A stretch of DNA of 56,546 nt from a virus (Duplodnaviria > Caudoviricetes). Shown piece by piece: positions 1 to 8,387 of the stretch. The stretch lies in IMG/VR virus record IMGVR_UViG_3300025030_000128, positions 1-56,546 of that record; one strand, written 5' to 3'. Positions within the stretch are counted from its first letter, which is position 1. Each line of letters starts with the position of its first letter. A model generated the notes under the pieces. The model saw nothing but the letters and a program-made list of their open reading frames with translations, did not search any database and was not told the DNA's origin. The position numbers were made by a program, and so were the translations under genes.

Positions 1-1852
1 CGCCGGCATCATCACCCAGGAAGGTATGAACGCCGCGGCAACGTATGCCCAACAGACCGGCAAGACGCGCAAGGCCCGGACCCTTGGTTATCTCAAGGGC
101 TGGAACCCGGCTGGCATGGTCCGCAACACCGAACGCATCGCCAGCCTCTTTGATTACGTCCTGGCTAACCCGGACAAGGCAGACGACAAAGCGGTTCAGG
201 ACGAAGCCCGCAAGCTGTTCAATGCTGACTATATTCCCTTCCTCAAAATCTTCGAGGCTTTTGGGATGACAGGCGGGCTCTACAAGCATCAGGACCGCAG
301 TCTTCAGACGGCGAGCGCCGGTAAGATGCAGTACCGCAGCAGCAAGCACCGCTTCGAGATTGACGCTCAGGGCAAGGGTCAATTCGTCAAGGGGAGCATG
401 GAGCTGCAGAAGGGTCTTCCGGCGATGCGCAAGTCGGTCAAGAAGATCTTCGAACAGACCTTGGAAGAAGAACCGAATGCTAAGATCTTTGCCTTCTTCA
501 AGGCGGGCGAGCTCTCCATCCTTGAAGGAACGTCGGCCTGGCTGATGGAATACTTCATCCCGCGCATGAAGATGGCGATGTTCGCCCGCGAGTACCTGAT
601 GAACATCACCCGCCACGAAGCGGCCATTGTTCAAGGGACCATGAGCAAACAGCAGGTCGCCATTTCGACCATGCTCTTCATTGAGAGCAAAGCTGGTGAG
701 CAGAACTGGCAGAACATGTGGCTGGAGCCGACGATGAAGACGGCGCTGCAGATGGCGTTCCGGTCCTTCACCTGGATCTTTGGTGACGTCTCAGCCATGA
801 GCAAGTCCGGCGAGGAGATGATCAAGTGGGGCTGGGTCAATGTCGTCCGTGGTAACGCCCTCAACGAGAATCGCTATAAGCTGACCGAGAAGGGGTGGTG
901 GGCAATCAACTCCATGGTCGGGCATCTCATGGTTCGGGCCGCTCTTGGCACTCTCTTCTATCTCTCAGTGGCTGGTGGGGATGACGACGAGTATGTGCCC
1001 GACGATCCCAATACGCCATGGTTGACGACCGCCCTCTTCCCCCGGATGAATAAACATGATCCTTACGACCGGCTGCAGTTCGGTTCGTACATCACGGAGA
1101 TGTATAAATATTCGTCACACCTGGGAGCCTTCGGGAATGAAGCCGACGTCAAGAAGTTGATCAGCGGTCGCTACTCGGATCTACTCAGCCAGGGCTACGA
1201 AGCTTTCGTCAAGGGCTCCGACTGGCAAGGGGTAGAGATTGTCTCGGAGAACGACAAGCCCGGGATCGCCTTTGGCAAGAAGCTCTTTCACACCCTGGCC
1301 GTTACCCCGATCTCTCTCGGATCGATTTATGACGACTACAAGGCGAAGGGATTCAGTGCCGAGCGGACGGCTCTTTCCTTTGCCGGCTTGACCAGCGCGC
1401 CCGCCACGTCCAAGCGGTCGCCGGCCACGAACAAAGCCTATGCCATTGCCCGTAGCGCCAGCGACGAATACACGATCACCGAGGAGAAGGCCGAACAGAG
1501 GCTCGACCTCAAGCGGGCAATGTTCGCCGTGCAGCAGGGTAACACTGCCATGGTCGACAAGCTGATTACAACCGGGGCCGTCTCTCCCGAACAGTACCGC
1601 AAAGCCCTGACCAAGATCCCGCTGATCAATGGCAAGCCCAACCTGCAATACCAGAACCCGCTGCAGCAGGTCCTCCGCCGCCTGACGATTGAACAAGCCT
1701 TGGAGGTCTGGGAAGAAATGAATGAGACCGAGAAGAAGCAGATGCGGGGCGCCATTGAGGCCAAGTACATCAACTCGGCCAACCGCAAGAACATGAGTGA
1801 CAATGTGCGGAAAGAGGTTCATAAGAAGATGAAGAAGTACGGCATTCTCTAA
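1..1852 (+). CDS. C-terminal part of the giant internal-virion/polyvalent protein (continues from 48841 across the circular junction)
   Basis: Frame is open from position 2. The window end (...GCG GTC TC) plus first base C gives TCC, in frame with GCC GGC ATC ATC ACC CAG GAA GGT ATG(26). Stop TAA at 1850-1852 is followed by a terminator. Confidence 0.8.
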   Translation, partial: AGIITQEGMNAAATYAQQTGKTRKARTLGYLKGWNPAGMVRNTERIASLFDYVLANPDKADDKAVQDEARKLFNADYIPFLKIFEAFGMTGGLYKHQDRSLQTASAGKMQYRSSKHRFEIDAQGKGQFVKGSMELQKGLPAMRKSVKKIFEQTLEEEPNAKIFAFFKAGELSILEGTSAWLMEYFIPRMKMAMFAREYLMNITRHEAAIVQGTMSKQQVAISTMLFIESKAGEQNWQNMWLEPTMKTALQMAFRSFTWIFGDVSAMSKSGEEMIKWGWVNVVRGNALNENRYKLTEKGWWAINSMVGHLMVRAALGTLFYLSVAGGDDDEYVPDDPNTPWLTTALFPRMNKHDPYDRLQFGSYITEMYKYSSHLGAFGNEADVKKLISGRYSDLLSQGYEAFVKGSDWQGVEIVSENDKPGIAFGKKLFHTLAVTPISLGSIYDDYKAKGFSAERTALSFAGLTSAPATSKRSPATNKAYAIARSASDEYTITEEKAEQRLDLKRAMFAVQQGNTAMVDKLITTGAVSPEQYRKALTKIPLINGKPNLQYQNPLQQVLRRLTIEQALEVWEEMNETEKKQMRGAIEAKYINSANRKNMSDNVRKEVHKKMKKYGIL

Positions 1853-1866
1853 GCCGGGACACAGAG

Positions 1867-1913
1867 CTGAAAAAAATACCCAGGCGCCCGCAAAGGGAAC
1901 CTGGGTATTTCAG
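1867..1913. terminator. Probable bidirectional intrinsic terminator between the convergent late and early arms
   Basis: AAATACCCAGG...CCTGGGTATTT stem with an A-run on the left and a T-run on the right, at the convergence of the two gene blocks. Confidence 0.8.
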
Positions 1914-1965
1914 TTTCAACCAACCGCACGACCGGACAAGCCGGTCAGCGGGCGGGCCGTTATGG
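1914..1965 (+). other. attC-like site (somewhat degenerate)
   Basis: TTTCAAC-caacc-GCA[C]GACCgg acaag ccGGTCAGC...GTTATGG; GGACAAGCC-type loop. Confidence 0.6.
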
Positions 1966-2169
1966 CGCGTCTACGCACGCGGTCAGGACACACCCGGACG
2001 CATCCAGATTGCCGTCATAGTGAAGCTCTACATCCTCGGCGGACCATACCGGGTCTCTTGCGCCTATGTCGAGTTGTAGTGTCACAACGATCTCTTCCGG
2101 GCTCTCCCCGCATTCTCTGGCACGTTCAATTGCCGAGTCCACAGCCTCTTTCAGCTCTTTCAAGTTCAT
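1960..2169 (-). CDS. Cassette-borne hypothetical protein (69 aa, acidic)
   Basis: ATG 2169 with GGAG RBS. Stop TAA is supplied by the GTTA core at 1959-1962. Cassette ends GTTATGGCGC (1959) / GCGCCATAAC (2192-2201). Confidence 0.75.
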   Translation of the reverse strand: MNLKELKEAVDSAIERARECGESPEEIVVTLQLDIGARDPVWSAEDVELHYDGNLDASGCVLTACVDAP

Positions 2170-2194
2170 AATTTCGTCTCCGTTGGAGGGTGCG

Positions 2195-2257
2195 CCATAA
2201 CCAGAAAAATACACTCTGGCTGCGCTGCGCTTGCAGGTGATTTACTAGCCGTTAGTT
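2195..2257 (+). other. attC-like site
   Basis: CCATAAC...AAAT[A]CAC...GTGATTT...GTTAGTT; CGCTGCGC loop. Confidence 0.75.
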
Positions 2258-2530
2258 TGCTTCCAACATGTCCAACTCGATATGCTGGAGTGCGCCCATG
2301 ATGACTGCCGCCTGATCTACGAGGTCGCGCCGGTCGCTGAACGTCATGTCGTCACGAAATTTACCGCTGAAACAGAGGGTATATTTATCCTGCTCAACCG
2401 GGGCCATAGTCCCGTCATGCCGTCCACAGCAAAAAAAACTCTGTTCGCCCTTGACCATCTCGGATTGTATTTGCCCGTATGGTTGGCACGTAGTTAGATT
2501 CCTCAAGCATTTTTCAGGGTATTTCAACAT
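2252..2530 (-). CDS. Cassette-borne hypothetical protein (92 aa, Cys-containing)
   Basis: ATG 2530 with AAGGA RBS; stop lies in the GTTA core. Cassette ends GTTAGTTTGC (2251) / GCAAACTAAC (2551-2560). Confidence 0.75.
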   Translation of the reverse strand: MLKYPEKCLRNLTTCQPYGQIQSEMVKGEQSFFCCGRHDGTMAPVEQDKYTLCFSGKFRDDMTFSDRRDLVDQAAVIMGALQHIELDMLEAN

Positions 2531-2553
2531 TTGATGTCCTTTCCGGCACCGCA

Positions 2554-2616
2554 AACTAACCAGTGCTCGGAAGCCGCCCGGTGAGGCCTGGCGGTCCACC
2601 GCCCATGCCGTTATCG
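2554..2616 (+). other. attC-like site (degenerate L boxes)
   Basis: AACTAAC...CCGCC/GGCGG inner stem...GTTATCG. Confidence 0.65.
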
Positions 2617-2618
2617 GT

Positions 2619-2837
2619 CTACTTCTCTCCCGGCAGCTTCTCATAATCCGACTTTCTGAGATCGGATAGCGCCCTTGTCAAATCCATACTCGCACGCTTG
2701 ATTGCTCCGGTTTCTCTCGGGTATGAATAGGTGTAACTATCAGGCTTCTTCTCTCCGAATTGGCCTTCAAGATTGCTGATTGTAACTTGCAGCCGCTTCA
2801 TTTCGGCCTTCACTTTTTCGAGTCTGATACGTTTCAC
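2619..2837 (-). CDS. Cassette-borne hypothetical protein (72 aa)
   Basis: GTG 2837 with AAGGAGG RBS. Cassette ends GTTATCGG (2610) / CCGATAAC (2864-2871). Confidence 0.75.
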   Translation of the reverse strand: MKRIRLEKVKAEMKRLQVTISNLEGQFGEKKPDSYTYSYPRETGAIKRASMDLTRALSDLRKSDYEKLPGEK

Positions 2838-2864
2838 AAATCCTCCTTGCTGGCTACCGGAATC

Positions 2865-2925
2865 CGATAACCAGCGCTGTGCAGCAGGCCGGAAAAGCCC
2901 GGCTGCTGACGCTTGATCGTTATGC
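2865..2925 (+). other. attC-like site
   Basis: CGATAAC...GT[G]CAGCA[G]GCCGG aaaagc CCGGCTGCTGAC...GTTATGC; two extrahelical bases on the left arm. Confidence 0.85.
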
Positions 2926-3159
2926 CCCGCCGGGAAAACATTCGTCCCCGACACAAATTACCTTGGTGTAGTCGTACTGTTTCAATACCGGGAGATTGAC
3001 CGGATCGTTTACCTGCAACCTCGACACTTCGCGCTCCAACCTGCGAATCTCGGCCCATATCTCTACGGGCGTAGCAACCCTTCCGTCGTCGTGGCGGATA
3101 GCTACGCAAACGGGGTCGTCTCTACCCAGATGTTTGTTGCATGGCGACAGATGTAGCAT
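2920..3159 (-). CDS. Cassette-borne hypothetical protein (79 aa)
   Basis: ATG 3159 with AGGAGG RBS; stop lies in the GTTA core. Cassette ends GTTATGCC (2919) / GGCATAAC (3174-3181). Confidence 0.7.
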   Translation of the reverse strand: MLHLSPCNKHLGRDDPVCVAIRHDDGRVATPVEIWAEIRRLEREVSRLQVNDPVNLPVLKQYDYTKVICVGDECFPGGA

Positions 3160-3174
3160 TTTACCTCCTGTCTG

Positions 3175-3231
3175 GCATAACCAGCGGGTACACGGGATCG
3201 CTACGCTCACCCGTGACCCTTGTCGTTATGT
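3175..3231 (+). other. attC-like site (canonical geometry)
   Basis: GCATAAC-cagcg-GGT[A]CACG-ggatcgctacgctcacc-CGTGACC-cttgtc-GTTATGT: 5-nt spacer, 8-nt L'' with an extra 4th base, 7-nt L', 6-nt spacer. Confidence 0.9.
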
Positions 3232-3237
3232 ATAAAA

Positions 3238-3456
3238 TTAATCGTCGTAATTCCACCAAGCATCTTTGATCCCAAATTCCACCGATATACCGTCTTCAGA
3301 TAGAGTAACATCATGTCCGTACTGGTTTTTCGCCTCTCTGTTACCCCTACAATCCGGTTCATCCTGAAACCCGCCTGTCAACCGTTCAATTTCAGCTTTA
3401 TCGGCCTCAGTTTCGGGGGTAATAATTAGAGTTCCATCGTCAAAAGATAATTTCAT
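3238..3456 (-). CDS. Cassette-borne hypothetical protein (72 aa, acidic, TPETEA motif)
   Basis: ORF with GGAGG RBS between the attC at 3175 and the half-site at 3493. Confidence 0.75.
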   Translation of the reverse strand: MKLSFDDGTLIITPETEADKAEIERLTGGFQDEPDCRGNREAKNQYGHDVTLSEDGISVEFGIKDAWWNYDD

Positions 3457-3492
3457 GTAGCACCTCCGAGATTTATGGGCATCAGTGCTTCA

Positions 3493-3518
3493 CTCACCCG
3501 TGACCATTGTCGTTAAAG
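3493..3518 (+). other. Right half of an attC-like site abutting the ruvC stop codon
   Basis: CTCACCCGTGACCATTGTCGTTA (3493-3515) is 22/23 identical to 3206-3228; its TTA is the ruvC stop. Confidence 0.75.
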
Positions 3519-3974
3519 ATTCTTTCTTCGGCCGTATTCCGCAAGCAAAATTGCCTCGGCTACCCCGTCATGAGGATTACGACATCGCGGCTGAACCAAC
3601 GTCGCCTTCGGGAAAAGATTTTCGCAAACAATAATGCTTGCCCCTTTTCCTTTGTCGGTCCCGGCCAGGATTGCCTTTTTCCATGCCTGCGGGGTTGGCT
3701 CAATAATCACAAAGTCGAGAGCCGTGCAAATACCGAGGATGATCCCACACCCCTTGCCGAACTTGAATGTACTGGCGACCCCCTGTTTCGGCATGGAGTG
3801 GACAAGTTCGACGACAACCGTAATATTTTTGTAAGTCATTCCAGCCGCGCGGAGAAAGTCGGATATCCCCCTGCGTGTTTCCGGCATGGGAATGTGCTCA
3901 AGAAGAAGACCGTCTTCCGTCAGAACAGCGAGCCCGCCCTTTTGTCCGGGGTCTATCCCAATATATGCTTTCAT
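3513..3974 (-). CDS. ruvC: RuvC-like Holliday junction resolvase
   Basis: YIGIDPG..GG, VVVE, FKFG..CG and HDGVAEAILLA motifs. Confidence 0.85.
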   Translation of the reverse strand: MKAYIGIDPGQKGGLAVLTEDGLLLEHIPMPETRRGISDFLRAAGMTYKNITVVVELVHSMPKQGVASTFKFGKGCGIILGICTALDFVIIEPTPQAWKKAILAGTDKGKGASIIVCENLFPKATLVQPRCRNPHDGVAEAILLAEYGRRKNL

Positions 3975-4456
3975 TTTCCCTCCTGGTAGGAAAGACCCTG
4001 ATGTAAGAAGTGGGCGAGCAGATCAACAAACTTCTCGTTCTCCCTCAGCTCGTGCTCACCCATGAAGAAAAGGGCGAAATGGATTGTCTCGTGCCAAAGC
4101 GATTCTTCCTGCAGCGTCGGATGGATGTCGCCGGCAAGCAGAATGCGCAGGTTGGGGTAGTCGCTGTAGCCGCCCAGTTGTTTGTCAGCGAAGAGGGTGG
4201 GCATGATCAGCACTTCGATCTTCAGACCGGCAAGAGAGATGTTTTTGGGTATTGTCATTGGATTCCTTTTTATCGAGATAAATAAAAGCGGACGCTTAAA
4301 TTCTTCGAAAAGCCTTCTGCTCTCTTCTTTACGACTTTTGACATAAACATCTTTGAACCACTTATTAAAGCTTTCTTGCTCTGCGCGGTCTATCTTTGCG
4401 AGTCTTTTTTGCCAAGCATAAGGCCACCAGAAGAATCCCAATATTTTATCGAGCAT
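3971..4456 (-). CDS. Small HExxH zincin-like protein (true start possibly 4258)
   Basis: LWHETIH followed by EKFVD; resembles common phage metallopeptidase-like proteins from MTIPKNI onward. Confidence 0.6.
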   Translation of the reverse strand: MLDKILGFFWWPYAWQKRLAKIDRAEQESFNKWFKDVYVKSRKEESRRLFEEFKRPLLFISIKRNPMTIPKNISLAGLKIEVLIMPTLFADKQLGGYSDYPNLRILLAGDIHPTLQEESLWHETIHFALFFMGEHELRENEKFVDLLAHFLHQGLSYQEGK

Positions 4457-4468
4457 TACACGGCCCCC

Positions 4469-4801
4469 TTATTTTTCCAGTTCAAGCCTCTGCTGCCGCT
4501 CGTGCTCCGGGATAATGTCGTGGTCGACTTCTTCCCCGGTGTCCTGGCGGAAGAGAGTGCGAGTGCCGGCGGCCCAGTTGTAATCCCACTGGCACTCGAC
4601 GCTGCGCTGCTCTTCTCCGCTGTCGACGATCTTAGAGAGGCATTCGGCCCGCTCGGAGTAAGGCTTGATGGCGGCGTTGATTTCCTTGCGCTTCTCTTCG
4701 AGCTTGCCCTTCTCGACCAGGCAGGCCGCCAACTCCTTTCCGTAGGCTTCTGACTCTCTTAGGGTGATCTTGACTGGCAGGTAGCGTGTGGCGGTTTGCA
4801 T
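4469..4801 (-). CDS. Hypothetical coiled-coil phage protein
   Basis: ATG 4801 with AAGGAGG RBS (MQTATRYLPV...). Confidence 0.7.
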   Translation of the reverse strand: MQTATRYLPVKITLRESEAYGKELAACLVEKGKLEEKRKEINAAIKPYSERAECLSKIVDSGEEQRSVECQWDYNWAAGTRTLFRQDTGEEVDHDIIPEHERQQRLELEK

Positions 4802-4823
4802 TGTTGTTCCTCCTTGGTTGGGG

Positions 4824-5807
4824 TTAAAATAGACAAGGTTCGAGGTCGGCAGCCAGAGGCTTTCCTTCGGCAGCCGAGAGGCGACGGTTCTGGGCACAGA
4901 CTTCGGAAACGTCGCAATGCTCCGCGCAGCGGGTGCGACCAGACCACCGTTCGACAATCTCGTACTCGGTGTGCGATAGGCCCTTCTCGTTGAAGATGGC
5001 GGTCGCCTCGGCCATGGTATCGGCCTTGCGGTAGGCACGATCCCGACTACCTCGCTTGTAGATCGCCACGTCCATCAACCGCTGCCACATTTCTTTCTTG
5101 CTGCAGGGTGGCAGCTCTTCGTCTGAGAGGTGTTCGCAGTTGAGGATAGCCTGCACCCTTGCCTTAACGTACATCTCCTGCTCAGCGAAGCTCCAGAGCC
5201 TCAGGGGGACCTTGATGATCGAGGCGGGCGGGTAGTTCTGTGGATCCTTGGCGAGCTCGCTCTTCTTCCAGTCTCCGATGAAGGCCCAGACATTCAACCT
5301 CTCGACGGTCTTTCCTTTGAGTCGAAGAAGGTAGGCATATGTGTTTTGGCCGGCTTCCCAATCCTCGTAACCCTCTTTTTTCCCCAACAGAATCTTGTAG
5401 ACCATACAGTTTTTGTAGTCCCGGATCTCGGGCTCTTCGAAGCAATCCAGCTTTCCAGAGACCACACGACCGAGGACGTCTGCGTAGATACGCTCCTCAA
5501 CCACAGAGTTCATGGTTGGGTGCCAGCTATCTTCGAGGATCTGATGACTGACGCTGCCGCGGAACTGCCAGTATTTGTCGATGACGTCGAAGGTCTTAAG
5601 CTTGTCGGGGTGCCGGCGCTTGAGCACGGTCATTTGGGTTGGAGCGGTCAGAGTCGAGGCGGATTCGTCGAAACTTTCTTCGTCTGTGTTGGTATATCGG
5701 TCCTTCAAAATTGCTCGACAGATTTCCGGAGGTAAGGAATGTTTGTTTGTATAGCGCCGGCCGCCTACTTCAAATATGCCGGTGTAATCGATTGCTGCTT
5801 CCGTCAT
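4824..5807 (-). CDS. PD-(D/E)xK Cas4-like exonuclease
   Basis: RGSVSH, SGKLD...IRDYK, QNTYAYL and C-terminal RC..HC.....C motifs. Confidence 0.8.
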   Translation of the reverse strand: MTEAAIDYTGIFEVGGRRYTNKHSLPPEICRAILKDRYTNTDEESFDESASTLTAPTQMTVLKRRHPDKLKTFDVIDKYWQFRGSVSHQILEDSWHPTMNSVVEERIYADVLGRVVSGKLDCFEEPEIRDYKNCMVYKILLGKKEGYEDWEAGQNTYAYLLRLKGKTVERLNVWAFIGDWKKSELAKDPQNYPPASIIKVPLRLWSFAEQEMYVKARVQAILNCEHLSDEELPPCSKKEMWQRLMDVAIYKRGSRDRAYRKADTMAEATAIFNEKGLSHTEYEIVERWSGRTRCAEHCDVSEVCAQNRRLSAAEGKPLAADLEPCLF

Positions 5808-5817
5808 GGTTTTCTCC

Positions 5818-6753
5818 CTAGAAGAGTTGGTCGGCCAGTTGGCCGTGAAAGTGGTTCTCTGTTTTTGAACAGGCGCATCCACCGATCAGGTCAGCCAGTC
5901 GATAGCTGACGTGCGGGCCGTCAAAGGTAAACCCCCTCTTGCCCTTGTTGCAGTTGTCGTTCAGTGCCATCCAGTCGAGCTTGTCCGGATGGGTGAAGGA
6001 CATCTTGTTGGCGACCAGGTATTCGGTGATGGATCCCGGGCGGCCGTCTCTTTTTCTTGACCGCCTCCAGAGTCCTTCGATCTTCCGGTTGTAGGGTTCG
6101 GCCACCACTTCCACCCGCACGATGCGGCCGAGCTCGTCTTCTGAGAGATCGTCCAGTTCGTGCGGCTTCATGTTTGGGCAGAAGATGCAGCTCGACTTGG
6201 GCGGGACCGGCAAACTGGCTTCGACAATGCGGGCTTTGCACTCTTCCCGATCCCATCCCCAGTCCTGTAGAGGGTAGACGTTGTCGCAGCCCTGAGTGGC
6301 ATGGGCTTTGTCGCCGGCCCGCAGTTGGCGGTATTCCTCCCCCGCCTCGAAGCCGATCGCTTTGATGATGTGACCGCGAATGTTTTCCTTCTCCCACCGT
6401 CTCTGCGGCTGAATCTTCCACTTGTCCGTGCAGCTGCCGCGATTGAACGTGGCCCCCGGAAGAGTGGCGTTCATCACCATGTTCCCTTCGATAGTCGTGT
6501 AGGGGCTATACTTCGGGATGTATTTGACCACGGTGACCGGCGGGAAGTGATGCTTGGCCAAGTACTCTTGTATGATTGGAAGGTAATTGTAGGTTGACTG
6601 CTTCTCTGCCCCGACGTCCGCGAAGAGAATGAAATCCGGGCGGATCCCCCTGGCTACGTAGCCGGCAATGATAGCGGTCGAGTCAACCCCGAGCCCATAG
6701 GCCAGTCCGAGGATCGACTTCTGATTGGTCTCAAACAGGTCAATCTGGCTCAT
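5818..6753 (-). CDS. PAPS-reductase-like PP-loop (adenine nucleotide alpha hydrolase) protein
   Basis: AYGLGVDST PP-loop, FADVGAE, CTDKWKI.P, YPL.DWGW.R and PPKSSCIFCP motifs. Confidence 0.8.
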   Translation of the reverse strand: MSQIDLFETNQKSILGLAYGLGVDSTAIIAGYVARGIRPDFILFADVGAEKQSTYNYLPIIQEYLAKHHFPPVTVVKYIPKYSPYTTIEGNMVMNATLPGATFNRGSCTDKWKIQPQRRWEKENIRGHIIKAIGFEAGEEYRQLRAGDKAHATQGCDNVYPLQDWGWDREECKARIVEASLPVPPKSSCIFCPNMKPHELDDLSEDELGRIVRVEVVAEPYNRKIEGLWRRSRKRDGRPGSITEYLVANKMSFTHPDKLDWMALNDNCNKGKRGFTFDGPHVSYRLADLIGGCACSKTENHFHGQLADQLF

Positions 6754-6898
6754 CTCTTGGCTCCTGGAGGGTGGGGTAGGAAAGACGTTGTGGCTGGTAG
6801 GCGGGCTTGAGTGGTGGGGCTGTCCTGGTATCGCAGTCACCGCAGCATTCCTGCTGGTTGCACATGCGAGCCCCAGTCTTGGGGCAGATACGGCACAT
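6740..6898 (-). CDS. Small Cys-rich hypothetical protein
   Basis: MCRICP...CCGDC with AAGGA RBS. Confidence 0.45.
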   Translation of the reverse strand: MCRICPKTGARMCNQQECCGDCDTRTAPPLKPAYQPQRLSYPTLQEPRDEPD

Positions 6899-6917
6899 GA
6901 TGTATTCCTTTCTTCGG

Positions 6918-7235
6918 CTATTTGTCCAGCGGGATCTCTCCTGTGTAGAGATTGTGGTACTCCTTCTCCAGATCGACCGCGGCTGCATTCAAGACGTCAA
7001 TGAAGACATCCTGGTTGAGAACTAGGTACTTTTTGGAGAGCGTCTGCATCTGTGTATGGATCTCCGCCTTGGTGTCGGCCTGATAGCTGGCGAGCTGCTG
7101 AACGCAGACATCACCTCGGCTGTTGGCGGTTTCGAGGACTCCTCTGTGAATGCGCATAGAAATGCCTGCGCCGACGACGAAGCCAACGAACAGGCCGACA
7201 ATGAAGGCTGTGGATAGGTGTTTTGATACGATCAT
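6918..7235 (-). CDS. Hypothetical membrane-anchored protein
   Basis: N-terminal hydrophobic stretch AFIVGLFVGFVVGAGI; ATGA overlap with the upstream gene. Confidence 0.65.
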   Translation of the reverse strand: MIVSKHLSTAFIVGLFVGFVVGAGISMRIHRGVLETANSRGDVCVQQLASYQADTKAEIHTQMQTLSKKYLVLNQDVFIDVLNAAAVDLEKEYHNLYTGEIPLDK

Positions 7236-7468
7236 TTGTCCTCCATCTTGGCGCGGATAGCGGCGGCAATACATTTATGGTCTGTGCAATAAACCGGCCC
7301 TTCGTCTGCCCCAATGTCAGCAATCACCGCCGCTTCCCTAAGTCCTCCAAGACGACCGGCGTTGAAGCAGTTCCTACGCACCTCCGTTTGATGCCCGTCG
7401 AGAAGCAGGGCGTATTCGTTACTATAGTGTAGTTTTCCGTACTCTTTGGCGAACTTTTCAAACATCAT
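7232..7468 (-). CDS. Hypothetical protein (AGRLxGLREAA...AIRAKME type)
   Basis: GGAGG RBS; paralogous to 7975..8271. Confidence 0.65.
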   Translation of the reverse strand: MMFEKFAKEYGKLHYSNEYALLLDGHQTEVRRNCFNAGRLGGLREAAVIADIGADEGPVYCTDHKCIAAAIRAKMEDK

Positions 7469-7603
7469 CTCTACCTCCCGCGCCATAACCATGACGCTGC
7501 AATTAGGTTAATTTTCTTCGTCCTTCCATCCAAGAAAGCGGGCGAGGAGTTCGGTCATTTCTTCGGCTCCCAATGTGTCGGGTTAATTGGTAGACCGATC
7601 ATT

Positions 7604-7972
7604 TCATTGAGGCAGTCGCAGCACGGCGAGTTCGGCGCGGAGCGCCTTTAACTCTTCCCGGTAGTTTTCAACCGCCAGCAATTCGCTGGCAAGGTTTTCA
7701 TACTCCTCGGTCATGGCGGCGAGAGCGGATTCGGCGGCTTCGGCACGAGCAAGGCAATTCGCGGCGGTCGTTGACATTCTCGCGTTATCATCTTCCAGCC
7801 GCTCAATCTCCTCCTGCGCCGCGCTGAGTTGCGCGGTGAGGGATTCGGTGAGTTTAGCGGCGAAGCCCTTCAGGTATGAGGAAGACGATCCTCCGATTAG
7901 TACCTCGGGGATGTATTGGTGAATCCCAGATTCGTATACAGCCTTCATAATCTGTTCTTCCGTTGGCCTCAT
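7604..7972 (-). CDS. Hypothetical coiled-coil protein
   Basis: Ala/Glu/Leu-rich heptads (RAEAAESAL); in operon context. Confidence 0.7.
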   Translation of the reverse strand: MRPTEEQIMKAVYESGIHQYIPEVLIGGSSSSYLKGFAAKLTESLTAQLSAAQEEIERLEDDNARMSTTAANCLARAEAAESALAAMTEEYENLASELLAVENYREELKALRAELAVLRLPQ

Positions 7973-7974
7973 CT

Positions 7975-8271
7975 CTATTCCTCCATCTTGGCGCGGATAG
8001 CGGTTTTATGTATCGCAACGACATCGACCTCTTGCCCGATGTAGGGCGTCAGAGCGAACGATACCAATTCTAGTCGTCCTTCTCCACCAACCTTTTTCTG
8101 TACCGGCTGAGAGAATATCCTGATGGCGTTATTTGGTTCTCCTTCTGCCGCCTCCCTGAGTCCTTCGAGACGGCCAGCGGTGAAGGCGCGCTTCGCAATC
8201 TCCCGGCCTCCCGGCCACGGTCGGTTGTCTGACTCGGGGCGGGAAAATGGCCACCACTCGGCGAATGTCAT
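7975..8271 (-). CDS. Hypothetical protein (AGRLxGLREAA...AIRAKME type)
   Basis: AGGAG RBS; paralogous to 7232..7468. Confidence 0.65.
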   Translation of the reverse strand: MTFAEWWPFSRPESDNRPWPGGREIAKRAFTAGRLEGLREAAEGEPNNAIRIFSQPVQKKVGGEGRLELVSFALTPYIGQEVDVVAIHKTAIRAKMEE

Positions 8272-8387
8272 GGCTTGTTCTCCTGTTCTTTAAGCGTCCA
8301 GACGCGGACGAAGCGGCCGTGGTTGCTCTTCCAGGTTGAGGCTTGGGTACGAAGCACGATCCATTCGTCCTTGGAAAAGATTGCTCT
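8268..8387 (-). pseudogene. Start-less gene fragment directly after the HNH stop codon
   Basis: RAIFSKDEWIVLRTQASTWKSNHGRFVRVWTLKEQENKP* ends in an ATGA overlap with the next gene but has no start of its own. Confidence 0.4.

Larger units (their letters stand above)
1914..3518 (+). mobile_element. Integron-like gene cassette array 1 (5 attC-like sites plus 1 half-site, no intI; CALIN-like)
   Basis: Repeated AAC-(imperfect palindrome)-GTT units alternate with single small ORFs. The two ends of each cassette are 8-10 bp reverse complements. Confidence 0.85.

Noticed and set aside
1914-3518. CRISPR array interpretation of the repeats
   Set aside because: The units are not identical direct repeats and are separated by whole genes. 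They conserve structure and AAC/GTT cores as attC sites do.
4824-5807. CRISPR-associated cas4
   Set aside because: No cas1/cas2 or array is present; solo Cas4-like nucleases are common phage recombination exonucleases.
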